Source: Halomicronema hongdechloris C2206 (GTDB taxonomy: Bacteria > Cyanobacteriota > Cyanobacteriia > Phormidesmidales > Phormidesmidaceae). Taken from it: DNA of 32,000 nucleotides. The notes beneath the pieces were generated by a model. The model was given only the letters and a program-made list of their open reading frames with translations, did not search any database and was not told where the DNA came from. Positions 19,410 through 27,364 of this stretch are shown here, piece by piece. The position numbers and the translations under genes were made by a program. The DNA lies in contig NZ_CP021983.2 in the NCBI RefSeq assembly GCF_002075285.3, positions 510,001 through 542,000 on the forward strand, given 5' to 3'. Positions within the stretch are counted from its first letter, which is position 1. Each line of letters opens with the position of its first letter.

Positions 19410-19922
19410 GCGAAACCTGCTTACTATAATGCCTGATGCCTAGTCTGCAGAGGTGAACCATAGCCCTGGGGGTATGGTTAAGTGCCAAGCACTCGTTTCG
19501 CGTTAGCGAATTAGGATTCATCGAACCTCCACTGACGATCGCCGGGCTGGAGTGCAAAATCTGCTTTCCAGGGGAACAATGTAATGGAAGTGCGAAATTT
19601 GCTTTCCGGGAAAAAAATCTCATGGACCCGAGTGCCATCACGTTAGCAGCCACCTATGATGGGCGGCTGGTCATCCTGTCGATTATTATTGCGATTCTGG
19701 CATCTTATACCGCGTTGAATTTGGCTGGACGAGTCAGTGCCAACCGGGGCATCGCTCAGAAGGTCTGGCTGACTGGCGGAGCCATTGCGATGGGCATTGG
19801 GATCTGGTCCATGCATTTTGTAGCCATGCTAGCCTACCATTTGCCCATTCCCATGGCCTATGACATGCCTACTAGCGCGGCAAGGCTAAAATATTGGGTA
19901 AAAGGTCAAGAAGAATGCTGCT

Positions 19923-20435
19923 ATGCCCCACCCTGATAAGTACGTTGTCAATCTCAGCGAAAGTGAGCGAGAGCGCCTCAAAGACATTAGTCGCAACGGG
20001 AAAGCCCCTGCGAAGAAAATCCTCCACGCCAGAATCTTGCTTTTGGCTGACCAAACTCATCAAGAGGGCGGTTGGACAGACCAACGCATTGGGGAAGCAA
20101 TGGGTCTCCATCCCTACAGCGTGGCTCGCATTCGCAAACGGTTTGTCACGCAAGGAGAAGCGCCAGCGCTCAATCGCAAAGTTCGCACCACCCCGCCTGT
20201 GGCCCCCAAAGTAGACGGTGAAGTTGAAGCTCAACTGGTTGCCATCTGTTGTTCTACGCCCCCTGAGGGACGTGCTCGTTGGACGTTAAATTTATTAGTC
20301 GATGCCTTGAAAGCCCGCAGCATTGTCACCGAAATTAGTCGCGAAACCGTGCGTCAGACGCTTAAAAAAATGAATTACGACCTTGGAAAAAGCAACGATA
20401 CTGCATCCCAGAGAAAGACACGGCCCGCTTTGTAG
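19923..20435 (+). CDS. IS630-family transposase, N-terminal HTH part (orfA)
   Basis: MPHPDKYVVNLSESERERLKDISRNGKAPAKKILHARILLLAD... is the typical IS630/Tc1-like HTH. The frame ends 22 codons after an A7 run (20364-20370). Confidence 0.85.
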   Translation: MPHPDKYVVNLSESERERLKDISRNGKAPAKKILHARILLLADQTHQEGGWTDQRIGEAMGLHPYSVARIRKRFVTQGEAPALNRKVRTTPPVAPKVDGEVEAQLVAICCSTPPEGRARWTLNLLVDALKARSIVTEISRETVRQTLKKMNYDLGKSNDTASQRKTRPAL

Positions 20436-21067
20436 CTCAAATGGAAGTCGTGCTGGACCTGTACACAGCGGAGCACTCGCCTGAAGAGCCCCTCATCTGC
20501 ATGGATGAAGCGGCGATTGAGTTGCATAAGGATGTCTATCCATCTCAACCCATGCAGCCAGGTTCAGATGCCAAAGAGGATTACCACTACGAGCGCGAAG
20601 GGGTACGCGCGTTGTTCATGTTCTTTGACCCGATTCGCGGCTGGCGACGGGTGAGTAGCCGAGAGCATCGTACCCGCATCGATTGGGCCGAAGAAGTCAA
20701 ACAATTGTTAGACGAAGATTATCCTCATGCTCGCAAGGTCAAACTCTTGTGTGACAACCTCAACACCCATCATATTGCCTCACTCTATGAAGCCTTGGAT
20801 GCGGATGAAGCCCATCGTTTAGCCCGGCGATTAGAGCTGTTCTACACCCCACGCAATGGGAGCTGGCTGAATGTCACCGAAATTGAGTTGAGTGTCTTAC
20901 AGCAGCAATGTCTTGACCGTCGGATTGGCGATCCCATTACGCTTGAGCAAGCGTTAGCAGCTTGGCAACAGCAGCGTAATTCACAACAAGCAGGCGTTGT
21001 TTGGCGCTTTACCACTCAAGATGCCAGAATCAAGCTGCGCCGCCTTTATCCTAACCCAGCAAATTAG
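20366..21067 (+). CDS. IS630-family transposase, DDE catalytic part (orfB; -1 frame relative to orfA)
   Basis: The frame is open from 20366: KNELRPWKKQRYCIPEKDTARFVAQMEVVLDLY...ICMDEAAIEL...LLCDNLNTHH...YTPRNGSWLNVTEIELSVL (D, D, E). The first ATG is at 20441. The stop lies inside the right IR. Confidence 0.85.
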   Translation, partial: KNELRPWKKQRYCIPEKDTARFVAQMEVVLDLYTAEHSPEEPLICMDEAAIELHKDVYPSQPMQPGSDAKEDYHYEREGVRALFMFFDPIRGWRRVSSREHRTRIDWAEEVKQLLDEDYPHARKVKLLCDNLNTHHIASLYEALDADEAHRLARRLELFYTPRNGSWLNVTEIELSVLQQQCLDRRIGDPITLEQALAAWQQQRNSQQAGVVWRFTTQDARIKLRRLYPNPAN

Positions 21068-21085
21068 CCTTGCCACGCTACTACG

Positions 21086-24000
21086 GTGTTGCTCTCTGTG
21101 GTAGCAGCGGTGCTGGCTTCTGGATTGGCGCTGTTTCTGGTCAGTGGACAGGAGCTTGGCTGGGTGAAGTTGGGCTTGGGCAGCCTATTCATGGGAGTCG
21201 GGATTGCCTCGATGCATTACATCGGCATGGTAGCGATGCGGATACCCGCGATCGCCCACTATGATCTGAGCATTGTCGCCCTCTCGGTCGGGATCGCCAT
21301 CGTCGTCTCTGGGGTGGCGCTGTGGTTAGCCTTTCAGCTTCGCCAAGAAACCTCCCTGCTCGGCAGTGCGAAAAAAATCGGCAGCGCCATCATTATGGGC
21401 TTTGCCATTGTCGGCATGCACTATACCGGCATGGCCGCCGTCAGCTATCAGCCCCTGCCCTCGAATGGTGCTCCAACGGGTGAGCCGGTCGTATCCGATG
21501 CCATGGGCACCCCTTTGCTAGCTATTGGAACGGTCAGTACCACCTTGATTATTCTGGCCCTGGCGCTAGCCGCATCCCTCTTTGATCGATGGATCTACAC
21601 CAAGTCTGCCCAGGCAAAAGCGCTGCGTCAGAGTGAAGAACGGTTTCGGGTCCTGGTGCAAAATTCTTCAAATGTGCTGACTATCATGGCAGCCGATGGC
21701 AGGATTAGTCACACCAGTGCCTCCATCAAGCCCATCCTGGGATATCCGCCTGAGGACTTCGCTGGGAAGCGAGTCAGCGAGTTTGTCCATCCCGATGATC
21801 TGCCCCAGTTAGAAACCCTCCTGAGGGACGTTCTTCGGCATCCAGCCACCAATGTCGTTAGCGAATTGCGGTTAAGACACGCCGAGCGTTCCTGGCGGGA
21901 TTTTGAAGTCATTGCCAACAACTTAATCAGCCAACCCAGCATCGCCGGAATTGTCACGACCTACCGTGATATCACCGAGCGTACGCAGGCAGAAGCAGCG
22001 CTTCAGCTGACAGAGCAGAAATATCGCAGCATCGTTGAAAATGCGACGGAAGGAATCTTCCAAACCACCCTCGACGGGAATTACCTGATGGTAAATCCTA
22101 GATTAGCCCACATCTATGGCTACAGCTCTCCGGAGGAACTCACTGCCGCTGTCAACGATATTCAATTTCACCTCTACGTCGATCCAAACCGCCGCAGTGA
22201 GTTTCAGCGTCTGGTTCAGGCGCAGGGGGTTGTCCAAAACTTCGAATCTCAGGTCTATCGGCAAGATGGCGGTGTAATCTGGATTTCTGAGAATGCTCGG
22301 ATGATCCGAGATCACCAAGATGACGCTCTAGGATATGAAGGAACCGTCGTCGACATCACTGAGCGCAAGCAGGCAGAAGCAGCACTAAAACAAGCCAAGG
22401 AATCTGCCGTTCGCGAAGCGGCGCGCAGCGCAGCCGCCACCAGGGCCAAAAGTGAATTTCTGGCCACCATGAGCCATGAGATCCGCACCCCGATGAACGG
22501 GGTGATTGGCATGGCTGGACTGTTGTTGGATACCGAGCTGACCCCACAGCAACGGGACTTCGCCGAAATCATCCGTAGCAGTGGGGATGCTCTGCTGACC
22601 ATCATCAACGATATCCTGGACTTCTCCAAAATTGAGTCCCATAAGCTGGAACTGGAACGGCAGCCCTTTGAACTCCGAGCCTGTTTGGAGGAGACGCTCG
22701 ATCTGTTGGCGCTGCAGGCGGTCGAAAAAGAGATCGAGTTAACCTGCTTGATCAAGCCGAATGTTCCGGCTACGGTCATCGGGGACGTTACCCGGGTACG
22801 GCAGATCCTGGTAAATTTGCTCTCTAATGCGATTAAGTTTACCCCCGCAGGAGAAGTGTCGGTGGTTGTCATGGCTCAGCCGATCTCCACAGGTAAGCCC
22901 GGGGCCTACGACATTCAATTTGCCGTCAAAGACACCGGGATTGGCATTCCGCCCGAGGGGATGGGCCGCCTATTCCAGGCGTTCTCCCAGGTAGATGCCT
23001 CGACCACTCGTAAATACGGCGGCACCGGCTTGGGACTGGCGATTAGCAAGCACCTCAGTGAGATGATGGGCGGCACGATGTGGGTGGAGAGTGAACCGGG
23101 ACAGGGATCCACCTTCTTCTTCACCCTTCAGGTAGAAGCTACCCCCGGAGAGTTGAAGGATAATCTTCAGAAAAATCGGCGTCAGCTGGCTGGCAGGCGC
23201 TTGTTGATTGTCGATGACAATGCCACCAACCGCAAAATATTGTCCTTGCAAGCTCAGTCATGGGGGATGGTTCCCCATGCGGTGGCCTCAGGTTCGGAAG
23301 CCCTGGAATGGCTGCGACGGGGAGAAGATCTTGACCTGGCTATTTTAGATATGCAGATGCCCGCAATGGATGGAGTCGAGCTGGCTGCCCAAATCCGCAA
23401 AATGTCGGACTATCAAACGTTACCCCTGGTGATGCTATCGTCCATGGGACGATCGGAGGTAACCCTGCTGCAATCTACTACTCCTGACTTTGCGGCTTTT
23501 TTGAACAAGCCGATTAAACAGTCCCAGCTCTACAACGTCTTGGCTGAGACCTTAGGCGAGCCAGTGGCTTGGCTGAGGCCGTCCCTTACTGCGGCTGCCC
23601 CGATAGAGACTCCCCTCGCCCAACGACTACCGCTGCGGATTTTGCTGGCGGAAGACCATGTGGTGAATCAAAAGCTGGCCCTGCTTTTTTTAGGAAAGCT
23701 GGGATACCGGGCTGACGTGGCAGCCAATGGCCTGGAGGTTTTAGAAGCGCTGCACCGCCAGCCCTATGATGTGGTTCTGATGGATGTGCAGATGCCCGAA
23801 ATGGATGGATTAGAAGCCAGCCGCCGAATTTGCCGGGAGTGGCCCTCAGGGCAGCGGCCCCGGCTTATTGCCATGACCGCCAACGCCATGCAGGGGGACC
23901 GGCAGGCGTGCCTATCTGCCGGGATGGATGACTACCTCAGCAAGCCCATCAAGCTGGCATCTCTAGTACAAGCCCTGCAGCAGTGCCAACCCTGTTGCCA

Positions 24001-24397
24001 GTCTCCCTGCCCGGAGCCCAGTCCGAAATCCGCTGAGCTTCCCGCCATTGATGAGCAAATTCTGCAAGAACTCCAAGCCTCGCTGGGTGATGATGGAGCT
24101 GTTCTGGTGGGAGAACTGGTTGATTGTTACCTGGAGGAGTCTCCCAAGCTGCTGCAAGCCATGGCTGCCGCTGTGCACCAACAGGATTCAGCGGCCCTGC
24201 GCCAGGCCGCCCATACGCTGAAGTCCAGTAGTGCCGACCAGGGGGCCATGATCCTGGCTGAGCTCTGCAGGGAGCTAGAAGAGTTAGGGCGTTCGGGGGT
24301 GCTGGCCGGGACAGCGGTTACAGTGACTCAGGTCGAGGTCGAGTACGAGCGCGTCAAGGCAGCCCTCCAGGGCAGATGCCCTCAGAGCAGCCCATAG
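21086..24397 (+). CDS. C-terminal 1103-aa fragment of the MHYT hybrid histidine kinase (as it would be called by an ORF finder)
   Basis: Remaining MHYT TMs and two PAS/PAC modules. HisKA MSHEIRTPMNG. HATPase DTGIGI...GGTGLGLAIS. REC1 (LAILDMQMPAMDG), REC2 (VVLMDVQMPEMDG), Hpt (AAHTLKSSSA). The GTG start is only nominal. Confidence 0.8.
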   Translation: MLLSVVAAVLASGLALFLVSGQELGWVKLGLGSLFMGVGIASMHYIGMVAMRIPAIAHYDLSIVALSVGIAIVVSGVALWLAFQLRQETSLLGSAKKIGSAIIMGFAIVGMHYTGMAAVSYQPLPSNGAPTGEPVVSDAMGTPLLAIGTVSTTLIILALALAASLFDRWIYTKSAQAKALRQSEERFRVLVQNSSNVLTIMAADGRISHTSASIKPILGYPPEDFAGKRVSEFVHPDDLPQLETLLRDVLRHPATNVVSELRLRHAERSWRDFEVIANNLISQPSIAGIVTTYRDITERTQAEAALQLTEQKYRSIVENATEGIFQTTLDGNYLMVNPRLAHIYGYSSPEELTAAVNDIQFHLYVDPNRRSEFQRLVQAQGVVQNFESQVYRQDGGVIWISENARMIRDHQDDALGYEGTVVDITERKQAEAALKQAKESAVREAARSAAATRAKSEFLATMSHEIRTPMNGVIGMAGLLLDTELTPQQRDFAEIIRSSGDALLTIINDILDFSKIESHKLELERQPFELRACLEETLDLLALQAVEKEIELTCLIKPNVPATVIGDVTRVRQILVNLLSNAIKFTPAGEVSVVVMAQPISTGKPGAYDIQFAVKDTGIGIPPEGMGRLFQAFSQVDASTTRKYGGTGLGLAISKHLSEMMGGTMWVESEPGQGSTFFFTLQVEATPGELKDNLQKNRRQLAGRRLLIVDDNATNRKILSLQAQSWGMVPHAVASGSEALEWLRRGEDLDLAILDMQMPAMDGVELAAQIRKMSDYQTLPLVMLSSMGRSEVTLLQSTTPDFAAFLNKPIKQSQLYNVLAETLGEPVAWLRPSLTAAAPIETPLAQRLPLRILLAEDHVVNQKLALLFLGKLGYRADVAANGLEVLEALHRQPYDVVLMDVQMPEMDGLEASRRICREWPSGQRPRLIAMTANAMQGDRQACLSAGMDDYLSKPIKLASLVQALQQCQPCCQSPCPEPSPKSAELPAIDEQILQELQASLGDDGAVLVGELVDCYLEESPKLLQAMAAAVHQQDSAALRQAAHTLKSSSADQGAMILAELCRELEELGRSGVLAGTAVTVTQVEVEYERVKAALQGRCPQSSP

Positions 24398-24440
24398 AGG
24401 AGAAATGCCTCAATGGGCCAACAGTCCGGACAATTGTCTG

Positions 24441-24459
24441 AAGGGGCGTTGAACCCCTT
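24441..24459 (+). terminator. Hairpin AAGGGG-cgttgaa-CCCCTT between the kinase and the REC-GGDEF gene
   Basis: 6-bp GC-rich stem 44 nt after the kinase stop. The following sequence (gatgtctcgtttcc) is only weakly U-rich. Confidence 0.25.
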
Positions 24460-24545
24460 GATGTCTCGTTTCCATCCCCCTGGCAGAAGATGGCCGAAAC
24501 CCTCATTCTGTCGTTAGATCTCGAAAACTGTCCGGAGTTTTGAAG

Positions 24546-25520
24546 ATGCGAAATGAACCCGAAAGTCTGCTGATTCTTGTGATCGATGACGATCGCTATA
24601 TGCGATTGAGATTGAGTCACATGATCCGGCAAGAAGGTTATCGGGTAGAAACCGCCAATGATGGAGAACAGGGGCTGGAGGCTTATCAGCGTCTGCATCC
24701 CCATTTGATTTTGCTGGATGCCATGATGCCGGTGATGGATGGCTTCACCTGCTGTTGCAAGCTCCAAGCCTTACCAGGGAGTGAACACACACCGATCTTG
24801 ATGATCACGGGCCTGGATGATCCAGCCTCGGTAGACCAAGCCTTTGAGGTTGGAGCCATTGACTATGTAACCAAGCCTATCCACTGGCCGGTACTGCGGC
24901 AGCGGATGCGGCGAGTCCTACGGGAGGCACAGCTTGCCCAAGCCTTGGCCCAGTCGAATCGGGAATTGCAACAGGCCAATCAGGAACTCCATCGGCTGGT
25001 GCTCCTCGATGGTTTGACGCAGGTAGCCAATCGTCGCCAGTTTGATCGGTATCTACGGCAGGAATGGCAGCGTCTGAGCCGGGAGCAGACGCCTCTGGCC
25101 ATAATTTTGGCAGATGTTGATTGCTTTAAAGCCTATAACGATACCTATGGCCACCAAGCCGGCGATCTGTGTCTGCAGACGGTGGCCGAAGCGTTTAGTT
25201 TGGCGGCTACCCGCCCGGCCGATCTGGTGGCCCGCTATGGCGGAGAGGAATTCGCCGTTATTCTGCCAAATACGTCCGCTCCAGGTGCCTTAAGAGTAGC
25301 TGAGAAAATTCAAAACACCCTCCGTGCCTTCCAGATGCCCCATGCCCAATCGAGTGTCAGCGACTATTTGACCTTGAGTTTGGGCATTGCCAGCCTGATT
25401 CCCTCGCTCAGGTCTACCCCTGAACAAGCCATTGCAGCTGCGGATCAGGCACTCTACCAGGCCAAGGGTGAAGGACGCGATCGCATTGTCATTGCGCCTG
25501 ACTCCGAGATCAAACCATAG
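24546..25520 (+). CDS. Response regulator with GGDEF output (PleD-like diguanylate cyclase)
   Basis: REC (LILVIDDD..., LILLDAMMPVMDG, K in TKP). Coiled-coil linker. GGDEF with intact GGEEF and I-site RPAD five residues upstream. ATG at 24546 preferred over TTG at 24540. Confidence 0.9.
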   Translation: MRNEPESLLILVIDDDRYMRLRLSHMIRQEGYRVETANDGEQGLEAYQRLHPHLILLDAMMPVMDGFTCCCKLQALPGSEHTPILMITGLDDPASVDQAFEVGAIDYVTKPIHWPVLRQRMRRVLREAQLAQALAQSNRELQQANQELHRLVLLDGLTQVANRRQFDRYLRQEWQRLSREQTPLAIILADVDCFKAYNDTYGHQAGDLCLQTVAEAFSLAATRPADLVARYGGEEFAVILPNTSAPGALRVAEKIQNTLRAFQMPHAQSSVSDYLTLSLGIASLIPSLRSTPEQAIAAADQALYQAKGEGRDRIVIAPDSEIKP

Positions 25521-25528
25521 CATCCCAC

Positions 25529-25630
25529 GACAAAATCATTGACACTGAAACCCCCCAACTGATTGACCGTTTACTGCTGGAGCAGATTTCGATGACCGAC
25601 ATTGCCCGAGCGGCGTGGGTATCCGAGCGA
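25529..25630 (+). pseudogene. Short relic resembling the N-terminal HTH region of an IS1-like cyanobacterial transposase
   Basis: The plus frame reads DKIIDTETPQLIDRLLLEQISMTDIARAAWVSER, close to the ...LIDKLLLERISLAGIARVTGVSE.W motif I recall from IS1-family transposases. No Zn-finger or DDE part is present. Overlaps the 3' tail of the convergent GGDEF-EAL gene. Confidence 0.3.
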
Positions 25631-27346
25631 GGATGCCACGAAACGACTACTTTCAGAGGCTGGGAGAGGTTTAGAAAATAAATAGCCTTGCCCAAAATCA
25701 CACCCAAGTTGTTGGAGCCATTCCAGCTGCTGGGGTATTTCAATCCCCTCTGCAATGACCGATAGACCCAGTTGCTTGCTGAGCGCAACAATCGTTTCCA
25801 CGACGTGATAGTTGATATTTTCGGATTGAGTTTGGTCGATAAAGGAACGATCGATTTTGAGGCTATCCACCGGAAAACGGTGTAGATAACCGAGGGAGGA
25901 ATACCCTGTACCAAAATCATCAATGCTGATCTGAATCTGCCGCGATCGCAAGGCTTTGGTCAGGGCGATGGCAATTTCAGCATTGTCCATGATCACAGTT
26001 TCGGTAATTTCTAATTTTAGGGAAGTCGGATCAACGCCAGTTTCTGCCAGGATGGCATCGATATCCGCGAGTAGCGTTGAGGATGCAAATTGCCGCGCCG
26101 AAAGATTCACACTCATGGTGAGGTCTGTCCAGCCCCCCTGGTGCCAGGTGTGAAGTTGTCGGCAGGCCTGCTTTAGGATAACCAACCCGATCGGCACAAT
26201 CAACCCGGTTGTCTCCATGGAGGGAATAAACTCTCCGGGCAAAACCATTCCTCGCCCAGGACTTCGCCAACGGACTAATGCTTCAAACCCGATTATCTTA
26301 CGGGTTAGCAGATTCACAATCGGTTGGTAGTAAGTCACAAACTCTTGCTGTTTCAACGCACGCTGCAAATCGTTTTCCAGCGTTAAGCGGTTGAGCATGG
26401 CGACATGCATCTGACGATCGAACAGTCGATAGCTCCCCTTGCCGTGCAACTTTGCTAGATGCATGGCCGTATCGGCATCTTGCAGCAGCTCTAGGGGGTG
26501 TTGATCGACAACATTGCCCACTGCCACTCCCAGACAGACGGTCATAAAGATTTCACAATGGGCAACCGTAAACGGTGCGTTAAAGCTGCGCAAAATGGTT
26601 TGCATGAATGGCTCCAGTGCGGCTGGATGCTCAACTCGGCGCAGCAAAAAGCAAAACTCATCCCCTCCCAGACGGGCTAAGACGTCGTTAACACGGAGGT
26701 ACTGTCGCAAACGCTCAGCGATGGCGATCAGAAGCTGATCGCCGACGGCATGACCGAAGGAACCATTGACGAGTTTGAACTGATCGCAGCCCAGAACGAC
26801 TAATGCACATGAGGTTCCAGATTTTAGGGTCACCGCCAATTGCTGCAATAAGTACGTTCGGCTGGGCAGGTTGGTCAGCGCATCCTGAAAAATCATGGTT
26901 TGCAACTGGGTGGTTCGCTGTTTCACCATGACTTCTAAACGAGTATTGAAGGTGGCCAATTGCTGATATTGTTGCCGGATGCGCAACATCGATCGCACCC
27001 TTGCCGTTAACTCGATGCGACTGACCGGCTTACTGATGAAGTCATCGGCACCCGCTGTTAAACACTGGGCGAGATCCCGCTTGCTCGTTAGTGCTGTGAC
27101 CATGATAATCGGCACCATTTCCCACTGCGGCAGGGCCTTAATGCGTCGACAGACTTCAATGCCATCAATGCCCGGCATCATAACGTCTAGCAAAATCAGG
27201 TCTGGTTGGCAGGCGGTCAGCGCAGCGATCGCCTCCTCGCCGCTGGCCACATAATGCAGTCGATAATCCTGATGTTTGAGTAATGTTTGAATCACATCAA
27301 AATTATCAGGCTCATCGTCGACGACTAAGAGCGCAGGCACCTCCAT
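25571..27346 (-). CDS. Response regulator REC-GGDEF-EAL (c-di-GMP cyclase/phosphodiesterase)
   Basis: REC (LLVVDDEPDN, LILLDVMMPGIDG). GGDEF (RLGGDEFCFLL, I-site RVND). EAL (EALVRW, DDFGTGYSSL, KIDRSF, EGIE, QGYLFSKP). Starts 18 nt after the upstream kinase stop. Confidence 0.9.
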   Translation of the reverse strand: MEVPALLVVDDEPDNFDVIQTLLKHQDYRLHYVASGEEAIAALTACQPDLILLDVMMPGIDGIEVCRRIKALPQWEMVPIIMVTALTSKRDLAQCLTAGADDFISKPVSRIELTARVRSMLRIRQQYQQLATFNTRLEVMVKQRTTQLQTMIFQDALTNLPSRTYLLQQLAVTLKSGTSCALVVLGCDQFKLVNGSFGHAVGDQLLIAIAERLRQYLRVNDVLARLGGDEFCFLLRRVEHPAALEPFMQTILRSFNAPFTVAHCEIFMTVCLGVAVGNVVDQHPLELLQDADTAMHLAKLHGKGSYRLFDRQMHVAMLNRLTLENDLQRALKQQEFVTYYQPIVNLLTRKIIGFEALVRWRSPGRGMVLPGEFIPSMETTGLIVPIGLVILKQACRQLHTWHQGGWTDLTMSVNLSARQFASSTLLADIDAILAETGVDPTSLKLEITETVIMDNAEIAIALTKALRSRQIQISIDDFGTGYSSLGYLHRFPVDSLKIDRSFIDQTQSENINYHVVETIVALSKQLGLSVIAEGIEIPQQLEWLQQLGCDFGQGYLFSKPLPASESSRFVASSLGYPRRSGNVGHRNLLQQ

Positions 27347-27364
27347 AAATTGCGTTCCTTAAAA

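Larger units (their letters stand above)
19873..21080 (+). mobile_element. IS630-family insertion sequence (1204 bp between flanking TA duplications)
   Basis: TA at 19873-19874 and 21079-21080. Terminal inverted repeats: GCGCGGCAAGGCTAA... (left) against GCGTGGCAAGGCTAA... (reverse complement of the right end), 14/15 identical, then partial. Encodes an HTH + DDE (DD35E-type) transposase. Confidence 0.9.
19622..24397 (+). pseudogene. MHYT-domain hybrid sensor histidine kinase (MHYT-PAS-PAS-HisKA-HATPase-REC-REC-Hpt) interrupted by an IS630-family element
   Basis: The N-fragment 19622-19874 carries the first MHYT motif (WSMHFVAM). After the IS, the same frame resumes at 21081 with the second and third motifs (SMHYIGM, GMHYTGM). 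Removing 19875-21080 gives one 3570-nt ORF (1189 aa) reading ...PMAYDMPTTTVLLSVVAAVL... Confidence 0.85.

Noticed and set aside
21070-21264. A 64-aa ORF starting at the right end of the IS.
   Set aside because: It is out of frame with the kinase fragment and begins inside the IS terminal repeat. It overlaps the well-supported MHYT reading frame.
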